Assembly: GCA_013416795.1 (NCBI GenBank)
Contig: RQSC01000005.1
Coordinates: forward strand, 193,590-205,852
Length of the DNA: 12,263 nucleotides
DNA from: Prasinococcaceae sp. CCMP 1430
Lineage: Eukaryota > Plantae > Prasinodermophyta
Reading direction: 5' to 3'
In this document: positions 6,759 through 12,263 of the stretch, piece by piece
Numbering within the stretch: position 1 is the stretch's first letter
How the letters are laid out: each line of letters starts with the position of its first letter
Translations under genes and position numbers: made by a program
The notes under the pieces: model-generated
The model's database searches: none
Told to the model about the DNA's origin: nothing
The model's input: only the letters and a program-made list of their open reading frames with translations

Positions 6759-8361
6759 TCAGGGTCGTACCGGCAAAAAATCGAGGACGCCCGCGGCTGC
6801 ACGCGCGCCCGTCGCAAACGACGCCGTGAGCAAGTATCCACCAGTGGGAGCCGACCAGTCAAGCATCTCCCCCGCGCAAAAGACCCCCGTGGGCTCGCCA
6901 TCGCTGTTCCATACGCACAGCGTGCGCGCGTCAACTTGCCCGCGGCCGCGCCCGACGCGAACGCCGCCGGCGGTGCTAATGGCCCGCGACAACGGCATGG
7001 CTTCTGCCAGCCTGATGGGCACACCCTTGACAGCCGCCGCCAGGGCGCGAGAGTCGCGAGAAAGCTCGGAGAGAGGAATGGTCGCCGCCGCGCGCTCGTC
7101 TTCGCTGGCGCCTTCTGGCGAGTAGCCATATGCCGCCTCGGCCTCTCTGAGCATGGCCAGAGCCACTGGCGACACGCCGGCTCTTCGCAAGCGCTCCGAC
7201 ACGGAGCGCGTCTTTCGCTTCTTCTTCTTCTTTGGCACACTTCCGTCCTCAGTTGCGCGCGCGCTGGCGGCGGGAGGGGCCAGCTTCGCAGCCAGCGCAT
7301 CCACGCTCAGCCCGGGCCTGAAGTCCACGCGTAGCACCACGGCGTCACCTGCGGGCACGCCTCCGTGGCCGGCCGCGGCCGCGGCCGCGCCTTGCCCCTC
7401 GTCGAGCGCCGCGACCAGCAGATGCCCAAGCGCGTACACCGGCCCGCCCTCGATACCATTCTCTGTTATGACGAGGTCACCGGCGCTCGACTCCGCGCCG
7501 AAGCGCAGTCGCACGTCCTTGCACCAAGCACCCGCGAAGCGCTCGCGGAACACGTCGCCCCAACCGTCTGCGCCGGCTTCACCGACGGCCCTGAACCCGA
7601 CGTTGGCTGGACGCAGCGCGCTGCAGTCGAGCAGCGGACGGCCTGCATCAGCAAGCTGGTGTGTCCACGCGCCATCCGAGCCCAGGCCCGGCCAAGACGC
7701 GCCGCCGAGTGCAAGCACGAGCGCGTCACACTCCCAAGCGAGCCCCTCCTCGGCTGCTCCGAGCTCGTCGACCCGCGCCGCGTCCGAGCCCTCGCGCTCG
7801 AAGCGCAGGCCGATGCTGCCTTGCACCCCCTCCTCCGAGCACGTGGACACGCCCGCGAGGCGTCTCCGGTAGTGCACGTGAACGCCGAGGTCGTTGAGCT
7901 TGCGCATCCACGCGCGCAGCAGTGGCGTCGCGCGCAGCTCGGTGGGGAAGACTCTTCCACTCGAGCCGACGAACGTCTCCACTCCGAGCGATGCGCAGAA
8001 TTCGCGCACAGCGTCGGCGCCGCCGAACGCTTCGACCGCGGCTGCGGCAGCGCCCGCGCCACCACTGCGCTCACCGCCCGCGCCACCGCCCGTGTAGCGG
8101 CGCAGGAACGCGGCGCTAGCCTCCGAATGGGTGATATTGAGCCCGCCGCGCCCGGCCAGGAGGAGCCGCATGCACGGCGCGCTGCGCCGCTCGAACACGT
8201 GGACGTCGAGCCCTTCAGAGGCCTCCGCCAGGCGCTGCGCGCACATGAGTCCGGCGGGGCCGCTCCCGACGATGCACACGCGCCGCCGCCGCCGCTGCGC
8301 CCGCGCCTCCACCTCGCCGCCCCCACCTGCCGCCGGCGCGTCTGCGACGGCCTCGCCGGCT

Positions 8362-8413
<52 letters not shown>

Positions 8414-8449
8414 GCCGGAGGCGGTGTGGCGCGAGCACCGCGCGTGCAT
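6759..8449 (-). CDS. HI0933-family (BaiN/YhiN-like, TIGR03862-type) NAD(P)/FAD-dependent flavoprotein; probable ATG at 8449 out of frame across a G50 tract
   Basis: VCIVGSGPAGLM (GxGxxG at 8250-8267), LLAGRGGLNITHSE, ETFVGSSGRVFP, LVLALGGASWP, AISTAGGV and GVFCAGEMLDWSAPTGGYLLT are all characteristic of this family. No intron is needed. ATG 8449 is in frame only if the homopolymer is 48 or 51 nt long. Confidence 0.9.
8362..8411. repeat. G50 homopolymer (C50 on the coding strand of the flavoprotein gene)
   Basis: Counted directly. Its length is probably unreliable in the assembly. Confidence 0.9.
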
Positions 8450-8483
8450 GCCGCGCGCCGCGAGCTCGGCGCCTGCGAGGCGA

Positions 8484-8520
8484 GGGTTTTCGGTTTCGGT
8501 TTTATATTTTGGGTTTCAGG
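8484..8520 (-). promoter_or_regulatory. Putative core promoter of the flavoprotein gene: TATAAAA flanked by AAACC(G/C) repeats
   Basis: The minus strand reads cctgaaacccaaaaTATAAAAccgaaaccgaaaaccc. The TATA element (8500-8506) is about 50 nt upstream of ATG 8449, in an AT-rich island. Confidence 0.5.
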
Positions 8521-8709
8521 GTCGCACGCGCTCTTTGTCACGGCTGGCGGAGTGTGCACAGGGTTTGGTCGTTTGTAGCGAGGTCGTCAGCGATGGTATA
8601 GTACAGCCGCCGCGCGTGCACGGCGGTCGAATGCACTTCCAAGGAACGGGAGGGAAGGGAGGGGGGGTGGGGGGTGGGGGAGGGAACGGGTCGCGTCAGG
8701 CGAGCTCGC

Positions 8710-9798
8710 TCACGCCTCGCGGCCGGGCTCGTCCTCATGGTGGTCGCTCAGCAATGAGCTGAGGCAGCTGCTCGTGATGATGAGGGCGGCGCCCGCCCAG
8801 CCGGCTGCGCCCCAGCGTTCCCCGAGCAGCACCCACGCGAATGCGGCGCCCCACATCGGCTCGGCCGCGTACGTCAGCGCCGCTGTCGTGGCGTCGACCT
8901 CTTTCATGGCCTTGATCTCTAGCCAGAGAGTGAGCGCCGTCGAAATCAGGCCGGTGTACAGGATCTCGGGCATGCAGCCGCTCATCATGTCCACCAGATG
9001 CTCACCGTCGCTCGGCAGCACGCCCTGAGCCGCCGCCCACGCGGTGCAAGCCGCCGCCACGGTGGCCATCTGCAGGCCGATCACGGGCAGCGGGTCCTTT
9101 GCGAACATGTGCGCGTAGTGCTCCGTGCGCAGGATGTGGACTCCGAACAGCAGTGCCGAGGTGAGCGCCCACGCGTCGCCCATGCCGAAAGGCGCGGACC
9201 CGCCGGCCTCGAGCAGGCTCACCCCGCCCAGCGCAAGCGCAACGCACAGCCACGTGCACTTCGGGGTCTCTTTCCCGGTCAGGCCGGCGAGCAGCGGCAC
9301 GGAGATCACCGTGAAAGCGCTCAGGAAGCTCACGCGGCTCGCGTCGGCGCTCAGAAGGGCCATCGCTTGCGTCGCGTAGCCGCCCGCCGCCCAGAAGCCC
9401 AGCTCCAGCCCGCCCAGCGCGAGCTGCGGGTCGCGCAGCGCCTTGGTCAGCCCGAGCGGCGCGAGCGCCGCCGCGGCGGTGGCGAAGCGCACCGCCGTGA
9501 AGAGCTCGGGCTCCATCCCGCCCACGCCCTCGGACATCTTGAGGAGCGCCATGTTGGATCCGAAGAGGATCGTGAGCAGGTTCAACATGAGCACGCCCTG
9601 CAGGTGCGCGTCGACCTCGAAGCCGAGGACGGTCCTGCTGGCATCATCGCCGCGGGCGTCGGCGACCGCGCCGGATCCCTCCGCGCCGAGGTCCGCCGCG
9701 TGGCCCTCGAGCTCGGGCACGTGCTCGACGTGCCACCTCTGCGCGCGCGCGGCGGCGCGCTCCCGGCTGGGCACGGCGTGCGCCGCGTACTGCGACAT
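8710..9798 (-). CDS. EamA/drug-metabolite transporter (DMT) family membrane protein
   Basis: About ten hydrophobic helices in two EamA-like halves (LLTILFGSN, FTAVRFATA, SRVSFLSAFTVISVPLL, GDAWALTSALLFGVH, LYTGLISTAL, YAAEPMWGAAFAWVLLGE, GWAGAALII). ATG 9798 has a gccATG context and gives 362 aa. The frame stays open further upstream, so the start is uncertain. Confidence 0.9.
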   Translation of the reverse strand: MSQYAAHAVPSRERAAARAQRWHVEHVPELEGHAADLGAEGSGAVADARGDDASRTVLGFEVDAHLQGVLMLNLLTILFGSNMALLKMSEGVGGMEPELFTAVRFATAAAALAPLGLTKALRDPQLALGGLELGFWAAGGYATQAMALLSADASRVSFLSAFTVISVPLLAGLTGKETPKCTWLCVALALGGVSLLEAGGSAPFGMGDAWALTSALLFGVHILRTEHYAHMFAKDPLPVIGLQMATVAAACTAWAAAQGVLPSDGEHLVDMMSGCMPEILYTGLISTALTLWLEIKAMKEVDATTAALTYAAEPMWGAAFAWVLLGERWGAAGWAGAALIITSSCLSSLLSDHHEDEPGREA

Positions 9799-10108
9799 GG
9801 CCAGCGCGCGCTCCAGCGCCTCGATCTGGGCCGCGTGCGCATCCGCGTGGGCATCCGCCTGCTCGGGCGCCTGCCCGCGCCTGCCGCGCTCGCGCGCGAC
9901 GCCCGGCTCGCGGCGGCCGGTCAACACCCGATCGCTGCGCGGGCGCTGTTCTTTCCGGAAGGTCTCGCGGTGTGCGCTGCCGCGCGCCGGAACCAAAACC
10001 GCGAATTCGCAACCGAACCAAAAATGCAATGGGAACGCCCTCGGCCGGCCGTGCGAAACCCCGGAAGACACCCGCCAAAATTACCAAGTCCCGTTTTTTT
10101 GCACGGCA

Positions 10109-10126
10109 GATACAAAATTTTGTATC
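10109..10126. promoter_or_regulatory. Perfect 18-bp AT-rich palindrome GATACAAAATTTTGTATC in a divergent promoter region
   Basis: Self-complementarity checked base by base. It lies between the EamA (-) and ENY2 (+) starts. Function is inferred. Confidence 0.5.
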
Positions 10127-10357
10127 AAACCAGTGCACATGGGAGAGGAGACGCAGGGGCGCACCCTCCCCACGCCACAGCGCACGCGCTGCGGCGGCGG
10201 CGGGTCGCCGGGCGCCGAGCAGACAGCGAGGGCGAGGGTGGGGCTACTCAAAGGGTTCGGTTTGGGGGTCGGGGGGGCGCTTTGGCGTGAGGGGCGGGCG
10301 GACGGGCCCGGGAAGTGACGTGGGGTGGGGCGGGGTTGGTGGGGGCTTGGGAGGAGG

Positions 10358-10845
10358 ATGGAGGGCCGCACGCCAGCACCGGCGCTCGACGGCCGCGTGC
10401 ACGCGTCCATGATCGCCTCAGGCGACAAGGAGAGGTGAGCGCTCGCTGCGCCTCTCCTGCCCACCCCCACCCCCCGTGCGTGCGCTCTTGTGGGGCGTAT
10501 GGCGGCACCTCTGTCGCGCGCGAGGCCTCTGACACTCGAGGGTCCCCCTCTCGCTGCCTCCCTCGCCCGCGCACCGCGCCCCACCTGCCATCCGTGGTGC
10601 CCGCTACTGCCCGCAGGCTCAAGGCGCAGCTCCGAAGCCGGCTCGTCGAATGCGGCTGGCGCGACGAGCTCAAGGCGCAATGCCAAGAGCTCGTCAAGGC
10701 TCGGGGGTTGGAGCGATTCTCCGTCGACGAGCTTGTGAAGGAAGTGATTCCCATGGCGCAGGCGCGTGTGCCCGACGCCATCAAGGCTGAGACGCTCGCC
10801 GAGATTCGCGCGGCGCTGGCAAAGGCCGATGGGGATGCGCAGTGA
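10358..10845 (+). CDS. ENY2: Transcription and mRNA export factor ENY2/Sus1 (SAGA DUB module and TREX-2 subunit), 2 exons, 101 aa
   Basis: Exon 1 (10358-10434; MEGRTPAPALDGRVHASMIASGDKE-R) and exon 2 (10617-10845; LKAQLRSRLVECGWRDELKAQC...SVDELVKEVIPMAQARVPDAIKAETLAEIRAAL) splice in phase. SGDKERL...L.ECGWRDE and VPD.IK are ENY2 hallmarks. Confidence 0.93.
10435..10616 (+). other. Spliceosomal intron of ENY2 (182 nt)
   Basis: Donor GTGAGC, acceptor CGCAG. The phase-2 junction ag|g restores the Arg of KERLK. Confidence 0.88.
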
Positions 10846-10991
10846 TGCGAGGGCACTCTCGTCCACGCTTCGCGCTGCTGCGCCTGGTCGCGCTCGCCAC
10901 GTGCTCCCGGTAGTGGCGCGATGTGCAGCGTGTCGCATGTGCGCTCGGAAAGAGAGGGGGGCGCCAGTGTGCAGCGCGAGCGCTCGCAGGA

Positions 10992-10996
10992 TGTAA
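10992..10996 (+). terminator. TGTAA polyadenylation-signal-like motif downstream of ENY2
   Basis: TGTAA lies about 150 nt after the ENY2 stop in an AT-rich island. UGUAA is the established near-upstream poly(A) element of chlorophyte algae such as Chlamydomonas. Confidence 0.5.
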
Positions 10997-11083
10997 ATCA
11001 AATACAGTAATAATACAACGCGCGCGCGACGAGCCGGCGGGCTGGCGCAAGAGGGTGTGGTTCCTGAGGGTACCCGCGTTCCG

Positions 11084-11613
11084 TCACGTCTGCGGCTGGA
11101 CTGCCGCGTCGTCCGTCTGCGCGGCAGCCGAGGTCCACTGCTGCTGCTGTGCCGGCGGATGCTCGCGCGCGTGCTGCTGGCGCGCCTCCTCGCGCTGAGC
11201 TTCCACATCGGCCATGCCCGCGAGCTCACGCATGAGACCGATCCTCACGCGTGCCGGTGAGCGTCCCGAGGCCATCGCAAGCATCGACACCACCGACGCC
11301 TGCGAGAGCGCGTCCGCTGCGCTCTGCTTCGCTTCCTCGACCTGAGCACGCACCCGTCGCGCCGGACGCAGGGACAAGAGCGCGATACCGTCGGGTCAGC
11401 GCGCGCACGCGCAGACGCACCACGCACACCGGCCCATCCTCGACACGCCCGCGCTCGCCCCGCGCACATCCCCTGATCCCCCGTGTCCCCCGCCCCACCC
11501 CCTCCGCATCGTTCGCGCCTCTGCAGCGCAGCGCGCACAGGGAGGCGTGCCGAGAAAGGGGTTGCGAGGGGCGTCGCGCGGCGGCCGCGCGCCCGCACCT
11601 CGAAGTCCTCCAT
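11084..11613 (-). CDS. Small hypothetical protein, probably 2 exons (about 90 aa)
   Basis: gcgATGGAGGACTTCGAG (11613-11599, MEDFE) is followed by donor GTGCGG at 11598. A CTGAC branch-like motif (11399-11395) and acceptor CTCAG end the intron at 11342. The phase-0 join continues VEEAKQSAADALSQ...QPQT to the stop. I recognise no domain, and further 5' exons are possible. Confidence 0.5.
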
Positions 11614-11829
11614 CGCCACCGGCTCCTCCGCCCCCCCACCGTCCCTACGCGTCCCCGTTCGCCCCTCTTCTCCCCCCTCGCGCACCGCCCGCGCTCTGGC
11701 GCCCGCGCGGGCCTCCCCGCCGCCGCGCGCTCTCGCGGCCGCGCACCCCTCGCCACGGGGGGTTCCACGGTCAAGTGCCCTGGGCAGCCATGCTCCGGGC
11801 CGCCCGCGCGCGAACCCATCCTGGGTACA

Positions 11830-11845
11830 TTTAGGTTAGGGTTTA
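11830..11845. promoter_or_regulatory. Interstitial telomere-like repeat / exact telo-box (AAACCCTAA on the minus strand)
   Basis: tttaggttagggttta, with ttagggttt at 11836-11844, about 225 nt upstream of the gene 8 ATG. Confidence 0.5.
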
Positions 11846-12013
11846 CATTTATCTGCGCCCGCCCTCCCGCACGCCACGCGCCCACCGACGCCTCGTCCCG
11901 TGCCTCTTTGAGCCGACGCGAGTTCATGTCTGGTGCGACATCAGATGAAACGCACTCAGAATATGCCGACAGAACTGCTTCTCGCCGTGCGTTGGCAACA
12001 CGCAACCACCGCT

Positions 12014-12098
12014 GTGCACAATTTTGTCCGGCGGTTCCCCCGCGGCACCGCGTGCACAATTTTGTCCGGCGCGGGCCGCGGTTCCGCCGCGGCGCCGC
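12014..12098. repeat. Imperfect tandem duplication (38-nt and 47-nt units) with an exact 20-nt core
   Basis: gtgcacaattttgtccggcg occurs at 12014-12033 and 12052-12071. The tails gcggttcccccgcggcaccgc (12031-12051) and gcggttccgccgcggcgccgc (12078-12098) differ at 2 positions. Confidence 0.85.
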
Positions 12099-12263
12099 TC
12101 CATGTGTTTGGTTCCGTACAGGGTCCGCCGGGCCTGCGGAAGGAGGGTGTCCGCGGCTTGCCGGCCCGCAGATTTGCTGACGATTTCCTCAAACGTGGCG
12201 CACCCGCGCGCGCGCGGGCCTCTCGGTCGGGCGTGGCGGCGGCGGGCCGGAGGCGGGCTGCGG

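Noticed and set aside
7365-8762. 465-aa plus-strand ORF (and 7466..8449 on the minus strand)
   Set aside because: These are antisense or alternative-frame shadows of the flavoprotein gene. High GC suppresses stop codons, and they show no motifs and an Arg/Ala-biased composition.
8998-10290. 430-aa and 291-aa plus-strand ORFs
   Set aside because: They are antisense shadows of the EamA CDS with no recognisable motifs.
71-10845. Possibility that the neighbouring genes form a functional cluster
   Set aside because: Kinase, GGCT, protease, flavoprotein, DMT transporter and ENY2 share no pathway I can support, and their mixed orientation fits ordinary compact algal gene order.
11925-12000. Lower-GC stretch with two CTGA motifs on the minus strand (possible C/D snoRNA)
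   Set aside because: There is no RTGATGA box C and no terminal stem, so an ncRNA call is unsupported.
12014-12098. Repeat-spacer-repeat pattern resembling a mini CRISPR array
   Set aside because: There are only two copies, the 'spacer' is itself duplicated downstream, the context is eukaryotic and there are no cas genes.
10081-12180. Long ORFs 10081..11229 (-), 11226..12059 (-) and 11251..12180 (+)
   Set aside because: They overlap ENY2 or gene 8 in non-coding frames and have no domain signal. The segment LRVANARREAVLSAYSE... (about 11885-12010) looked protein-like but has no supported start or splice partner.

Overview
This is gene-dense eukaryotic nuclear DNA, very GC-rich by eye, with short GT-AG introns (GTGCG-type donors, CTGAC/CTCAC/CTTAC branch-like sites). 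That style suggests a prasinophyte-like green alga (inference). I can build eight gene models. (1) A YggC/Yfh7-like P-loop kinase (+) with an apparent one-base frameshift in a C6 run. (2) A 4-exon gamma-glutamylcyclotransferase of the AIG2/YtfP type (+). (3) A spliced hypothetical gene (-). After a 95-N gap come (4) an intronless 999-aa metzincin (M12/reprolysin-like) protease with a Pro/Thr linker, a CBM-like domain and a single dockerin/EF-hand-like loop (+), (5) an HI0933/TIGR03862-type flavoprotein whose start is out of frame across a G50 tract (-), (6) an EamA/DMT transporter (-), (7) a 2-exon ENY2/SUS1 (+) and (8) a small spliced hypothetical gene (-). Non-coding signals include telo-box-like motifs, G4-type tracts, an 18-bp perfect AT-rich palindrome, a duplicated 38-47 nt element and TGTA-rich 3' islands. 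The most unusual object is the bacterial-style multidomain protease. I see no CRISPR array, tRNA, rRNA or mobile element.
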